Shown here: positions 48,643 to 58,953 of the stretch, piece by piece
Position numbering within the stretch: position 1 is the stretch's first letter
Layout of the letters: each line of letters begins with the position of its first letter
DNA from: a bacterium
Lineage (GTDB): Bacteria > UBA8248
Length of the DNA stretch: 64,000 nt
Reading direction: 5' to 3'
NCBI GenBank assembly: GCA_965200245.1
Contig: CBDATS010000008.1
Span: 288,001 to 352,000 of the forward strand
Position numbers and translations under genes: made by a program
Notes under the pieces: generated by a model
What the model saw: the letters and a program-made list of their open reading frames with translations, nothing else
What the model was told of the DNA's origin: nothing
The model's database searches: none

Positions 48643-49698
48643 TCACAAGAGCGTCTCTTGTTTCCTGGACATCACCAGGGCCGCACGGCCGGTGACGAGT
48701 CCCTCTCTCAGGCGTTCATGTGCGAGATTCGCTTCCTCGAGCGGGTATATCTCGCTGACAAGCGGCCAGACATCGCCACGCGCCACGAGTTCGAGCGAGT
48801 CGACGACCTCTTGCCTTGTAGCGTAGCGGCTGCCCATGATCTGCTGCTCCTCGCGGAGAAACTCGCGCGGGGAGAAGGGAAACCGCTCTATTTGGTTCGC
48901 TCCCATGGCGAGGAAACGTCCCCCCTTGCCGAGGCCGCGCAGGCCGCCCACGACCCCTTCTGCGGTGCAGACGAAATCAACGATTACGTCCACCCCCGCG
49001 CCCCCGGTCAAATCCCTGAGCGCCTCCTCGAGATTTTCTTTCGACGTGTCCACCGTGTCGTGCGCGCCCATGTCGCGGCATTTGCCCAGCTTCTCGCTCG
49101 CGATGTCCACGGCGATAACGCGGGCGCCCGCCCAGCGGACCATCATTACCATGTGGATTCCCACGCCGCCTCCCGCGCCCACTACGGCCACGTTCTCCAT
49201 CGGGCGCACGTCCGCATGACGGAGGACCTTGTAGGGTGTGGCCACGGCGTCGGAGATGACGCCTACCTCGGCGGGATGCGCCTGGTAGTCCAGCCCCTCG
49301 GGCAGGGGGATGAAGTTCCTGGCCGGCAGTTTGATATAATTGGCGTAGCCGCCGTCTATCTGGCGGCCAACTTGGCCGACGAGGTTCTCGCACAAGGTCT
49401 CGCGGTTCACGCGGCACCAGCGACAGCGCCCGCAAGTGAGGTAATAATACGCCGTCACGGCGTCACCTTCCCCGAGCTCTTTTACTCCTGTACCCACTTG
49501 GGTGATTTCTGCGGTGATCTCATGACCGATCACGAGCGGGAAATTCCCGCCCATATTCCCTGCCCGCGTGTGCTCGATCGTAAGCCCCGCGCCGCAGGCC
49601 AGCACCCGGGCCACGGCTTCGCCCGGCCCCGCCTCAGGGATGGGCCGTTCCTCCGGAACGAAGGATGCGCCCGGTTCCGTCAATACCATCGCCTTCAT
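48643..49698 (-). CDS. Zinc-binding alcohol dehydrogenase (MDR family)
   Basis: GHE, CGRCRWC...C structural Zn, GAGGGVG; atypical CGAGLT. Confidence 0.9.
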   Translation of the reverse strand: MKAMVLTEPGASFVPEERPIPEAGPGEAVARVLACGAGLTIEHTRAGNMGGNFPLVIGHEITAEITQVGTGVKELGEGDAVTAYYYLTCGRCRWCRVNRETLCENLVGQVGRQIDGGYANYIKLPARNFIPLPEGLDYQAHPAEVGVISDAVATPYKVLRHADVRPMENVAVVGAGGGVGIHMVMMVRWAGARVIAVDIASEKLGKCRDMGAHDTVDTSKENLEEALRDLTGGAGVDVIVDFVCTAEGVVGGLRGLGKGGRFLAMGANQIERFPFSPREFLREEQQIMGSRYATRQEVVDSLELVARGDVWPLVSEIYPLEEANLAHERLREGLVTGRAALVMSRKQETLL

Positions 49699-49796
49699 GT
49701 CGTCTCCTGCTATGGGACCAAGTTATCTGCAGTATAAGACCTCGTACCCCTGCGAGATAACGCGCGGGGGAAAATTCGCCGGATTCTCGGATTTCG

Positions 49797-50786
49797 TTAG
49801 TCGATTCGTATCTCTTCCGCCCATTCGTGGTTGGCCACGTACCATTCCACCAGATGCGCGAGCCCCTCTGCAAGACTCACCCGGGGTCGCCAGCCCAGAA
49901 GTCTCTCCGCCTTCTCGATGTTCGCCCACGTGGTCTTGACGTCGGCGGGGTTCGTCTCTTCATGGTGGATGCAGGCTTTTTTCCCGACAAGGGTTTCGAT
50001 ACGGACGATAGCGTCGTTCAGGGCGACGGGCCCGTCCGACCCCAGATTGATGATCTCGTAAGAGAGCGGTTTGATGGCCGCTATCGTGCCCCTTGCGATG
50101 TCGTCCACGTAGGTAAAATCGCGTGATTGCGTTCCGTCTCCATAGACGAGCGCGGGTTTCCCCTCGGCTATCCACTGCGTGAAGCGGAAGAGACTCATGT
50201 CGGGTCGTCCTGCCGGGCCGTAGACGGTGAAATAGCGAAGCACCGTCACGTCGATATCGAACAGATGGTGATAGGTGTGGCAAAGTGTCTCGGCCGCTTT
50301 CTTGGAAGCTGCGTAGGGCGATAGCGGCCTGTCGCTCGGGGCGTCTTCACGAAAAGGCGCGGGTGTGTCTGCCCCGTAAGCGCTCGAGGTGGAAGCAAGC
50401 ACGAACTTGGTGATGCCGGAATCCCTGCACAACTCAAGCAGGTTCAGTGTGCCGGTTACGTTCGTTTCGAAATACGCCCGGGGATCCTCGATGGATTGGC
50501 GTACCCCCGCTCGAGCGGCCAGGTTCAGGACAGCGTCAAAAGGCGGCGCGGCGCCCTTGATTTCCGCAAACAAGGCGCGCAGGGGTTCGATGCGGCTCAC
50601 GTCCAGATGGTGGAACAAGAAGCACGGGCGTTCTTCCAGACGCTTGAGACGGTAGTGTTTGAAGCGAACGTCGTAGGCGTCGTTCATGTTGTCGATCCCC
50701 ACAACGGTGTGGCCTTTATCCAGCAGGAACTCGCACACCTTCGAGGCGATGAAGCCTGCGGCACCTGTGACGAGGTATCTGGCCAA
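49797..50786 (-). CDS. NAD-dependent epimerase (UDP-glucuronate 4-epimerase/CapI-like)
   Basis: TGAAGFI, AARAGVR.S, YAASK, FTVYGPAGRPDM, RDFTYVDD. Confidence 0.9.
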   Translation of the reverse strand: MARYLVTGAAGFIASKVCEFLLDKGHTVVGIDNMNDAYDVRFKHYRLKRLEERPCFLFHHLDVSRIEPLRALFAEIKGAAPPFDAVLNLAARAGVRQSIEDPRAYFETNVTGTLNLLELCRDSGITKFVLASTSSAYGADTPAPFREDAPSDRPLSPYAASKKAAETLCHTYHHLFDIDVTVLRYFTVYGPAGRPDMSLFRFTQWIAEGKPALVYGDGTQSRDFTYVDDIARGTIAAIKPLSYEIINLGSDGPVALNDAIVRIETLVGKKACIHHEETNPADVKTTWANIEKAERLLGWRPRVSLAEGLAHLVEWYVANHEWAEEIRID

Positions 50787-51004
50787 AATGGGTTTCTCCT
50801 CACAACTGACTCGTTGGTGGTAGAGTAAGGCTATCAGGGGTCGGCGGTTGTGGCAAAACGGGCGAGGGGACTGCGCGGCATATCGGTACCGTCGTTTTTT
50901 ATTTCAGCATAACTCGGCCCGTGGTTGAAATCCGCGCTACGATCCGTGATGGTTGGCTTTCCGCGGGAGCGGTGCATTTTAGGTTTTGGGGATTGGGGTT
51001 TTAG

Positions 51005-51934
51005 ATGGCGAACGTGGTGGTAACCGGAGGTGCAGGTTTCATCGGCTCACATGTAGCGGAAGCCTGCCTGGAAGCGGGCGATTCCGTCTGGGTGGCGGAT
51101 AATCTGACCTCGGGTCTGGTGGAGGATGTTGCACCGGGCGCGGTTTTTTGCGAGGGCGATGTGGCCGATGTTTCGTTCATGCGCCGCGTGGTGGAAGAGG
51201 CGCAACCAGGTGTCATCCACCACCTGGCGGCCCAGTCGAGCGTGACGAACAGCCTGGCCGATCCGTTGTGCGACGCGCGTGCGAATATCCTGGGCACATT
51301 GAGCATTCACGAAGCGGCCAGGAACATGGATGTGGTGCCCCGGGTCGTCTACGCCGCCACGGGTGGGGCGTGTTACGGGGATCCCGAAGAGGAGATTGTG
51401 GATGAGAGCCACCCCCTCGCCCCCGTATCCCACTACGGGATGAGCAAGGTGGCTGGCGAGCGGTATCTCGCATTTTACGGGGAGCATTTCGGGCTTCCTG
51501 TCGTCTCGCTGCGCCTCGCCAACGTCTATGGTCCAAGGCAGCGCCCAACGCTTGATGCGGGTGTGGTATCGATTTTCGCAGAAAAACTGGATAAAGGTGA
51601 ACCCCTCACCCTCTATGGACACGGACGTGCAGGACGGGACTACGTCTACGTGGAGGACGTGGCGGCAGCGTTCTTGAGGGCGGCGCAGGGTGGCGTGGAC
51701 GGCGGGGCCTACAACATCGGTACGGGCGTTGTCACCGATGTGGAGGCGCTGCTCGACATCCTCTGCCGCCTCATGGGGAAAACGCCCGTGAGTGTGAAGC
51801 GTGCGCCCCTGCGTCCGAGTGAGGTGTTCAGAATAGGCCTCGACGCGAGTGCGTTCGAACGAGGGACTGGCTGGCGGCCCCGCTGCACGCTCGAGGAGGG
51901 GGTTGGCGCTTTCCTGGAATCGCTGGAGGCTTAA
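51005..51934 (+). CDS. NAD-dependent epimerase/dehydratase (UDP-glucose 4-epimerase-like)
   Basis: TGGAGFIGSH, HLAAQ, YGMSK, NVYGPRQ, RDYVYV.DV. Confidence 0.9.
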   Translation: MANVVVTGGAGFIGSHVAEACLEAGDSVWVADNLTSGLVEDVAPGAVFCEGDVADVSFMRRVVEEAQPGVIHHLAAQSSVTNSLADPLCDARANILGTLSIHEAARNMDVVPRVVYAATGGACYGDPEEEIVDESHPLAPVSHYGMSKVAGERYLAFYGEHFGLPVVSLRLANVYGPRQRPTLDAGVVSIFAEKLDKGEPLTLYGHGRAGRDYVYVEDVAAAFLRAAQGGVDGGAYNIGTGVVTDVEALLDILCRLMGKTPVSVKRAPLRPSEVFRIGLDASAFERGTGWRPRCTLEEGVGAFLESLEA

Positions 51935-52356
51935 GACGGCAGGCGGCCGTATACGCGTTCGGGCGTCACCAGCACGGCGACCGCACCTTGGTCCATCATC
52001 GCTTGATCGTATTCGTCCCAGTCGGGGTGGTCCGAATCCCCGCAGGCGCGGTATACCTCGCGGAACATCACGCGCATCTCCCCTTTTTCGGTGTTCCCGT
52101 AGTCGAAAAGTCTGGCTTTTCCTTCCACGCTCACCCAGGTGCGCCAGTCGGGGGTGACGTAGACCACCGTACACTGGGGATTCGCGCGCAGGTTCTTGAG
52201 CTTCACTGACCAGCCGCGAACGATGACGAATGCGGCGCAATTCTCATATGCCCCGCACACGATGATGCTCGATTGTGCCGTGCCGTCCGGCCTTAAGCTC
52301 GTAACCATGCCCTTGTGGTTTTTTTCCATAAACAGCCTTGCATCTTCGAAGTTCAT
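51931..52356 (-). CDS. PPOX-class (split beta-barrel), probably F420-dependent enzyme
   Basis: T.RPDG..Q.S, K.KNLR.NP, W..WVSVEG, HPDWDEY..AM. Confidence 0.85.
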   Translation of the reverse strand: MNFEDARLFMEKNHKGMVTSLRPDGTAQSSIIVCGAYENCAAFVIVRGWSVKLKNLRANPQCTVVYVTPDWRTWVSVEGKARLFDYGNTEKGEMRVMFREVYRACGDSDHPDWDEYDQAMMDQGAVAVLVTPERVYGRLPS

Positions 52357-52443
52357 GAGATACCTCGCTTGGAATGTGAGAGAAACGAATTTTCGCCATT
52401 GTAGCAAAACTCGACCGGAAACGACTTCATAAGGAGAGCCCCT

Positions 52444-52971
52444 GTGAACCGACTCGCGTCGCTTGAACCCGAGAACATGCCATCCAGACAACGTGATGCC
52501 TATGAGGAACTTATTGCCAACCAGCGCGGCGGCGTGCGTGGACCTTTTGGGGTATGGGTGAGAAGCCCCGGCCTCGTCATCGCCCTTCGCGGGCTGATGA
52601 AGTTTTATTACGAAGAAAGCGTCATCACGGAAGACATACGCGAGCTCGCCATCATTATCACCACGCGTCATTTTGGGGCGACCTACGCCTTCTCCGCTCA
52701 CGAGGCACAGGCATTGGACAGCGGACTGACGCCCGCTCTCGTGGCAGCCGTGATGGCGCAGGAAACACCCACGGAGGGCACGTTACTTGAGCTTTGCGTG
52801 TACCGGTATTGCAAGGAATTACTCGATACGAAGAAGGCATCCGACGATGTCTACCGGGAGGCGTTTGCCCTTCTCGGGGAAAAGGGCGTTGTCGAACTCA
52901 CCGCTCTCGTGGGCTTTTATTCGGCCATCTCCCTGACTTTGAACGCTTTTGAAATTCCGCCGGTGACGTGA
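52444..52971 (+). CDS. Carboxymuconolactone decarboxylase family protein
   Basis: RGPF...RSP, RELAI, H...A...G, G..GVVEL..LVGFY. Confidence 0.85.
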   Translation: MNRLASLEPENMPSRQRDAYEELIANQRGGVRGPFGVWVRSPGLVIALRGLMKFYYEESVITEDIRELAIIITTRHFGATYAFSAHEAQALDSGLTPALVAAVMAQETPTEGTLLELCVYRYCKELLDTKKASDDVYREAFALLGEKGVVELTALVGFYSAISLTLNAFEIPPVT

Positions 52972-53014
52972 GTGGGGAGATTCGCTACGCCAGCGTTTGT
53001 TCTCCTGGTCTCCC

Positions 53015-54538
53015 TTACTCAGGCACCCGGCCACTGCGCTGGGTCATGCCCAGTAGTCTCTCCTGGATTTTCTCGTTCCATGCGCCAGCCCGCATGCGCC
53101 AGATCCAGTTGCCTCGCGGGACGCCGGGGCGATTCATACGCCCCTCGTTGCCGAGCCCCAATACGTCCTGGCCGGGGATAATGGCGAGAGCGGCTTGTGA
53201 TTTCATCGCCGCGCGGATCATCGACCAGTGGATGTCCTCGGGTTCACCGCCGAAGGTCCTGAGTGCCGTGGCACGCGAGATGGCGAAGCCAGCAGGAGTT
53301 TCGTTGTGTAGAATCGGATCCGCGCCGTGAAACCAGCCTTGGGCGGTGTCGTTGTCGTGTGTGCCGGTGTAGACCACCGCGTTCTCGGGGATGTTGTGGG
53401 GCAGGTGGGGGTTATCCGGGCTGCCGTCAAAAGCGAACTGCAGAACGTGCATGCTGGGCAGACCAAATCGATCTCTGAGGTCGTGAACGTCGTCTCCCAC
53501 CGAACCCAGGTCTTCTGCGATGAGCGGCAGATAGCCCAATTCCTCTTCCAGGGCGCTGAAAAAGGCCTCCCCCGGTCCCTCGCGCCAAGTCCCGTCTTTG
53601 GGTGATTCCGCATCGGCCGGAATTGTCCAGAATCGCGCGAAGCCGATGAAGTGATCGAGACGCAAAACGTCGAAACGGGCGATGTTCACGGCGAGGCGCA
53701 TCTTCCACCAGGCGAAATTCTCCTCGCGGTGCGCGGCCCAGTCGTAGAGGGGATTCCCCCAGTGCTGGCCCTCCTCGTTGAAGTAATCGGGCGGCGCGCC
53801 CGCATAGGCGGTCGGCCAGCGTGATTCGTCAAGTTCGAACAGGTGTGTCTGCGCCCATACATCCGCCGAATCATGGGCGACGTAGATGGGGATGTCGCCG
53901 ATGAAACCGACCCCTTTGTTTGCGGCATGTTCCTTGAGGTCACGCCACTGACGGTCGAAAAGAAACTGCTCGAAATGTGTGTAGCGGATGTTTTTTTCGA
54001 ACCCGGAGGTATCGGGACAGCGTTCCCTGGCGTCCCTGGGCCAATCCCACCAAGGGGAACCGCCGAAAGCGCGTTTGAGTGCCTGGAACCTTGCGTAATC
54101 GGTCAGCCAGCCGCCCTGGACTTCGCAAAATCCGGAATACGCCGCGTCATTCGTTCCGCCGCCGTTCGAGAATGCCTCGAAAGCCTGGGACAGTAGAGAT
54201 TCATGTGTTTCGAGTGCCTGGGCCAGTCCTGTTTCCCCTTCGGCGGGGCGGTGGGTTTTCAGGGCTTTCGCGGAGAGAAGGCCATCTACCACGAGTCTTT
54301 CGAGAGATATCAGCAGCGGGTTTCCCGCAAAAGTGGATGAGGAAACGTAGGGAGAACCCATCTCGTCGGTGGGGCATACAGGCAGCATCTGCCACCAACT
54401 CTGGCCGGAGGATGCGAGCAGATCGACGAATTCGAAAGCTGTGGGTCCCAAGTCGCCGAAACCCGCTCCGTTTGGCAGCGAGGTGGGGTGGAGCAAGATA
54501 CCGCTCCTTCTGGCGTGAAGCGGATTCTCAAGGCTCAT
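53015..54538 (-). CDS. malQ: 4-alpha-glucanotransferase (amylomaltase, GH77)
   Basis: SGILLHPTSLP, GDIPIYV..DSAD, GAPPDYF, RLDHF, IAEDLG, YTGTHDNDT. Confidence 0.96.
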   Translation of the reverse strand: MSLENPLHARRSGILLHPTSLPNGAGFGDLGPTAFEFVDLLASSGQSWWQMLPVCPTDEMGSPYVSSSTFAGNPLLISLERLVVDGLLSAKALKTHRPAEGETGLAQALETHESLLSQAFEAFSNGGGTNDAAYSGFCEVQGGWLTDYARFQALKRAFGGSPWWDWPRDARERCPDTSGFEKNIRYTHFEQFLFDRQWRDLKEHAANKGVGFIGDIPIYVAHDSADVWAQTHLFELDESRWPTAYAGAPPDYFNEEGQHWGNPLYDWAAHREENFAWWKMRLAVNIARFDVLRLDHFIGFARFWTIPADAESPKDGTWREGPGEAFFSALEEELGYLPLIAEDLGSVGDDVHDLRDRFGLPSMHVLQFAFDGSPDNPHLPHNIPENAVVYTGTHDNDTAQGWFHGADPILHNETPAGFAISRATALRTFGGEPEDIHWSMIRAAMKSQAALAIIPGQDVLGLGNEGRMNRPGVPRGNWIWRMRAGAWNEKIQERLLGMTQRSGRVPE

Positions 54539-54659
54539 TTTCTGCCCGTTCACATGAAAAGGTTTGGTTGCGCTTTCGATACCTCCCGTGACGGCTTCGC
54601 CGCCTGCATGATCATATCGCATGGACGCGACGCTTGTTCAAGCCCCGGAAGGTTTTGGC

Positions 54660-55760
54660 CTAGTGCCCCTCTCCCAGGGGGAGCTTCACGGTCTCGCCGG
54701 TGCGGGCCGATTCCTCCATGGCGATGGTCACTTCCAGAGTCTGGCGCGCGTCCTCCGCCGTGGCGAGGTGGCAGGGTCGCCCCGTTGCGAGGTGATCCAG
54801 CCAATTCCTGGTCTCGTCGCCTATGGGGCCGTACATGGTGTCGAGCGCCCAGTCGCCAGACGACGTGCTGCCAAGAAAGACCATTGGCAGGTGGTGGTCA
54901 GGCACATATGCGTGAGGATAGCCCTTTTCGGTGTAGAGGATGTTCTCCTTGTGGTCTTCGTCGAAGAGCATCACACCTTCGGTGCCGATGACTTCCAGGC
55001 GAATGCTCTGCCCCGCCGTGGGGTATTTTGCGGGAAGGGCGTAGCAGATGCCGAGGTTCACACTCGCACCGTCGGCGAAGGTGATGATCGACCAACTCAC
55101 GTCGTCCACCTTGGGATAGCCCGCCTCTCTGAAGACGAAGCCACCGCCCCGGCACACGACCTCGACAGGCGGGTTTCCCTCCATGAACCAGCACATCATG
55201 TCGACCCAATAGGTGAGCACGTCGAGGACGGGAGTGGCGTCGGCGGAGCGCTTGAGTATCTCGAAAGCCTGTGCCCTGGTGTTGAACACGCGGCCCGTAG
55301 CGCCGATGATTTTTCCCAGGCGGTCTTCCCTGATTTGTTCTTTCCCCAGAAAATAGCGCCGCTTGTAGCGCATGATGTAGCCCACGCGGAGATCCGTCTT
55401 GTATTTCTCTGCTACGCTCAAGAGCCTGTCGGCATCCTCCAATGTCATGGCGATGGGTTTTTCCACGGGCACGGACTTTCCGAGTTCCAGCGCCTGAATC
55501 ACCGGCTCCACGTGCGCGTATTCCGAAGTCGAGACGATGACGGCACTCACATCGGGATGGGAAATAATCTCCTCATTGTTACCCGAAGTCACCTGCGCGC
55601 CGACACGGGTACCCAGGGCTTTCGCCAGTTCAGGCTCGGCGTCAGAAATCGCCAGAAAGCGAACGGCGGGGTGCTGCGCGGCGAGACGCGAGCGGTGCGT
55701 TCCAATGCGTCCGGCACCCACGACGGCGACGCCGAGTTCCTTCCTCTCGAAAAGCGCCAA
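54660..55760 (-). CDS. Gfo/Idh/MocA family oxidoreductase
   Basis: VVGAGRIG, H, VEKPIA. Confidence 0.9.
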   Translation of the reverse strand: MALFERKELGVAVVGAGRIGTHRSRLAAQHPAVRFLAISDAEPELAKALGTRVGAQVTSGNNEEIISHPDVSAVIVSTSEYAHVEPVIQALELGKSVPVEKPIAMTLEDADRLLSVAEKYKTDLRVGYIMRYKRRYFLGKEQIREDRLGKIIGATGRVFNTRAQAFEILKRSADATPVLDVLTYWVDMMCWFMEGNPPVEVVCRGGGFVFREAGYPKVDDVSWSIITFADGASVNLGICYALPAKYPTAGQSIRLEVIGTEGVMLFDEDHKENILYTEKGYPHAYVPDHHLPMVFLGSTSSGDWALDTMYGPIGDETRNWLDHLATGRPCHLATAEDARQTLEVTIAMEESARTGETVKLPLGEGH

Positions 55761-55907
55761 GACGATCCTCCGGAGTGAAGTGCAATGGAAAAGACGTGGA
55801 CATTCTACGTCGCGCGTCTCTCGCCTTCAATCAGAAAGCAGGAGACGCGGTCTCGACCCCAGATTGCTGGTGGTTACTGCGTGCTGCCGGAATCGGGAGC
55901 GCGCATC

Positions 55908-57137
55908 TCAAAGCAGCAGGCGTTCGTCCATGCGCGAGCGCGTCAGTACCTCATGCCCGTCCTCTGTGATGAGCACTGTCTCCTCGATGCGCACACCGCC
56001 TCCTCCAGGCACGTCGGGTACCCAGATTAGCGGCTCGATGGCGAATACCATGCCCGGTTCCAGGTCCACCTCTTCGGAATCGGGGTCGGGTTCTCCGATG
56101 TAGGGAGGCTCATTGGGCGAGGTTCCCACCGCGTGGCCGATGCTGAGCGAGAACCAGTTCTTTCGCAAACCATACTTCTCGCCCGTCTCCCAGATTCGCT
56201 CGGCCACCTGTTTGTTCGAAAACCCGGGGCGGGTGCGCTCAAGACCCAGCTGAAGGGATTCATGCACGGCGGTGTATATCTCCTTTTGCCGTTTCGAGGG
56301 TTTGCCGCAGATCATCGTCCGGGCCACATCGCCGAAATATCCGTTCCACTGCGCGCCGATGTCGATGAACACCAAATCGCCGTTACGGATAATCTTGTCG
56401 CTAGCGAAGCGGCAGGGCGGCGACATGTGCTCGCCCGAGGCGACAAAGGGGGAAACCAGGTGCGCCATTTCGCCCCCATAGTGGTGGAGCACTTTCATAG
56501 CGTCTGCGGCCACGTCGCACTCGCGTTTTCCGGTACGCACGCTGTCCATGGCCTCTTCGTTCACGGCGTCGGCAATCGCGCAAGCCTCGCGGATCATGTA
56601 GACCTCCTCGGGCACCTTGTGTCTGCGCACCTTGTGCATGAACGAATCGCCGTTCACGAACTCCACGTCGTCCAGATATTTCCGGTAAGCGCTGAACTGG
56701 ATGAACGTCATGAGGTCAAGGCCCACCCGTTTACCGATCAGGCCGAGTTCCTCAAAGAGGGGACGCAGGCTCTCGCGGACCATCTTGTCCACGAGGGGTT
56801 GTTCCTCCATCTTCGCGAGGTGATGGAACTTCTCTATCCAGGGCATGTCGCGCGAAACGCGGGGTATCTCGCCCCCGTTGGTCATGATGTGCGCCTTGCC
56901 CTCTCGCGGGAGGATGACGGCGTTTCTCGTTCCTTCGCGGTGTGCCAGAAAAGAAGATCGCATGCTCGTAAGGTAACGTACGTTCTCGACCTTCCAGAGG
57001 AAGAGGGCGTCGATGTCCTGCTCGGCCATTGCCTTTTGCGCCCTGTCCACGCGCTTTTGGCGAAGCGCGCCCACATCGACACGCTCCTCGTAGTCGACGA
57101 TGAATTGGCCTCGCGCGAATCCCGGCATGAGTTTCAT
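55908..57137 (-). CDS. M24 family (Xaa-Pro) metallopeptidase
   Basis: N-terminal creatinase-like domain (NVRYLT); ligands DIG, GDVART, GHAVG, IEP, RIEE. Confidence 0.92.
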   Translation of the reverse strand: MKLMPGFARGQFIVDYEERVDVGALRQKRVDRAQKAMAEQDIDALFLWKVENVRYLTSMRSSFLAHREGTRNAVILPREGKAHIMTNGGEIPRVSRDMPWIEKFHHLAKMEEQPLVDKMVRESLRPLFEELGLIGKRVGLDLMTFIQFSAYRKYLDDVEFVNGDSFMHKVRRHKVPEEVYMIREACAIADAVNEEAMDSVRTGKRECDVAADAMKVLHHYGGEMAHLVSPFVASGEHMSPPCRFASDKIIRNGDLVFIDIGAQWNGYFGDVARTMICGKPSKRQKEIYTAVHESLQLGLERTRPGFSNKQVAERIWETGEKYGLRKNWFSLSIGHAVGTSPNEPPYIGEPDPDSEEVDLEPGMVFAIEPLIWVPDVPGGGGVRIEETVLITEDGHEVLTRSRMDERLLL

Positions 57138-57218
57138 CTCCCGTAGTGGGGACGTCTGCGCGGCGGGTATGGAAACCTGCGATTGACGCCCCGTATGTAT
57201 TGCATGAAAAATGAACCG

Positions 57219-57602
57219 TTATTCAGGTTCTTCCACCAGTTCGATCACGACGTTGTCGGGCGCGATGATGAAAGCTGTCCGTGAACCCAGAACACCATCG
57301 CCCGGTTTTTTCGTGAAGACAACGCCCGCCTTCTCGAGGCGTTCGGCAACCTCGTCAAGGCCCGCCACCTGGATTCCGAAGTGGTGGAGACCGCGTCCCA
57401 CCTTCGCCATCGAATCGTCCTCATCGGCTCTCAAGCCGCGAATGCGGATTTCCACCTCGCCCAACATGACGCTGATGTAGGGGGATCCACGGTATTCGAT
57501 CTCGGGCGTGAACAACTCGCCGTCGAAGTGGTTGATATAGAAATCCGCCGCCGCCTGCGGGTCCTTGGCGACGTGGTGCACGTGATGAGTTCGTGACGCC
57601 AC
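57219..57602 (-). CDS. VOC (glyoxalase) family protein
   Basis: HHVH...D...AADFY, GLHHFGI.V, FI.APDNV.IELVE; GGAGG RBS before GTG. Confidence 0.9.
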   Translation of the reverse strand: MASRTHHVHHVAKDPQAAADFYINHFDGELFTPEIEYRGSPYISVMLGEVEIRIRGLRADEDDSMAKVGRGLHHFGIQVAGLDEVAERLEKAGVVFTKKPGDGVLGSRTAFIIAPDNVVIELVEEPE

Positions 57603-57630
57603 CCTGTTTCCTCCCTTGTTCTCGGTGGGC

Positions 57631-58908
57631 CTATAGGCCGTCGCCAACGGAGACATATGCGCCGCCGGGCACGGGGTTTTCATCGCCGCTTCGTGCGCCC
57701 CACTCGCCGGTGATGGCGTACATCGCGCGTACCTTCTTCATGTTGTTGCCGCCGTCGCTCGAAAATAGCATGTTGTGCGTGTCACGGAACCATTTTTCCA
57801 GGAAATTCTCGCGTTGCACGCCCACGCCCGCGTGAATCTCCATCGCCATCTTTGTAACGTCACACGAGATTTCATGCGCGAAGGCGCTGGCGGTGAGCGT
57901 CATGGGCGGGTCGATGGGAATCTCGTGTCGCATGTCCTGGCGCCACGCCGCATAGTGTACGTAGGCCCGCGCTGCCTGGATTTTCGTGTACATGTCGACG
58001 AGTTTGATGCCGACCGACTGGTGATGTGCGATGGGGCGTCCACTCTGGATGCGACCTTTCGCGAATTCGAGCGATTTCTCATACGCCGCGCGCGCCACGC
58101 CAATCTGGCCCGCCGCGTTGATGAGGGCGTCGCCGCGCAGGTGACGCCTGATGTAGGAGACGCCACAGTTCTCGGGGCCCAGTCGGTACTTGGCGGGGAT
58201 TATCGCGTTATCGAAAATGATCTCCGCATTCTGGTTCAGACGGTAGCCCATCTTGTTGTGCACCTTGCCCATCTTCACGCCGGGTGCGTCCATGGGCACC
58301 ATGAGGAGCGAAGCGCCCTGCTCGACGCCTACGTCGGGATTCGTGCGCACGAACGTGAACATGAGCCGCGCCCAGCCCACGTTGGAGATAAAGTGTTTTT
58401 TCCCATTCACAATGTAGTTGTCCCCGTCGAGCACGGCGGTGGTCTGGTATCCGCCGTCTGCTCCGTTGTAGGGGATCTGGTTCTCGGACCCCGAAACAGG
58501 CTCGGTAGTCGCCGTGCCGATCAAGAACGTGGGGTCGTTCACGTACTCGCGCATCCAGTAGTCCGCCAGTTCCGGGTCTCCCAAAAGCTCGCTTGAGAGG
58601 ATGTGGGAGATCTTTGTGGAAGAGAGCATGAATCCCGTGGCACCCCTGTCGCCCCAGGATATCTCCTCGCCCACAATGCAGTGGGTGAGCAGGTCGTCCA
58701 CGCCGCCGCCGCCGTATTCCTTGGGGATACTCATCGTTCTGAGACCCGTCTTGTCGAGTTTTTCGAGAAGATGGGGCATGTAGGCGCATTCCAGCGGGTC
58801 TTCCTTGTGGTCCAGTTCCAGGCTGATGGGCCGGATTTCGTCCCGCGCGAATTCATGCGCGACTCTTTGGTACTCTTTTTGCTCATCCGTCATTCGGTAG
58901 TCGTACAT
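57631..58908 (-). CDS. Acyl-CoA dehydrogenase family protein
   Basis: IPKEYGGGG, TEP.SGS, NGKKHFISN, KMG.R, R.Q.G.PI..HQ, HAG.G, RD. Confidence 0.92.
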   Translation of the reverse strand: MYDYRMTDEQKEYQRVAHEFARDEIRPISLELDHKEDPLECAYMPHLLEKLDKTGLRTMSIPKEYGGGGVDDLLTHCIVGEEISWGDRGATGFMLSSTKISHILSSELLGDPELADYWMREYVNDPTFLIGTATTEPVSGSENQIPYNGADGGYQTTAVLDGDNYIVNGKKHFISNVGWARLMFTFVRTNPDVGVEQGASLLMVPMDAPGVKMGKVHNKMGYRLNQNAEIIFDNAIIPAKYRLGPENCGVSYIRRHLRGDALINAAGQIGVARAAYEKSLEFAKGRIQSGRPIAHHQSVGIKLVDMYTKIQAARAYVHYAAWRQDMRHEIPIDPPMTLTASAFAHEISCDVTKMAMEIHAGVGVQRENFLEKWFRDTHNMLFSSDGGNNMKKVRAMYAITGEWGARSGDENPVPGGAYVSVGDGL

Positions 58909-58953
58909 CGGTCTCCTTCCTTCCCAGGTGAAGGCGGGTTTGTCCCGCCGTGT

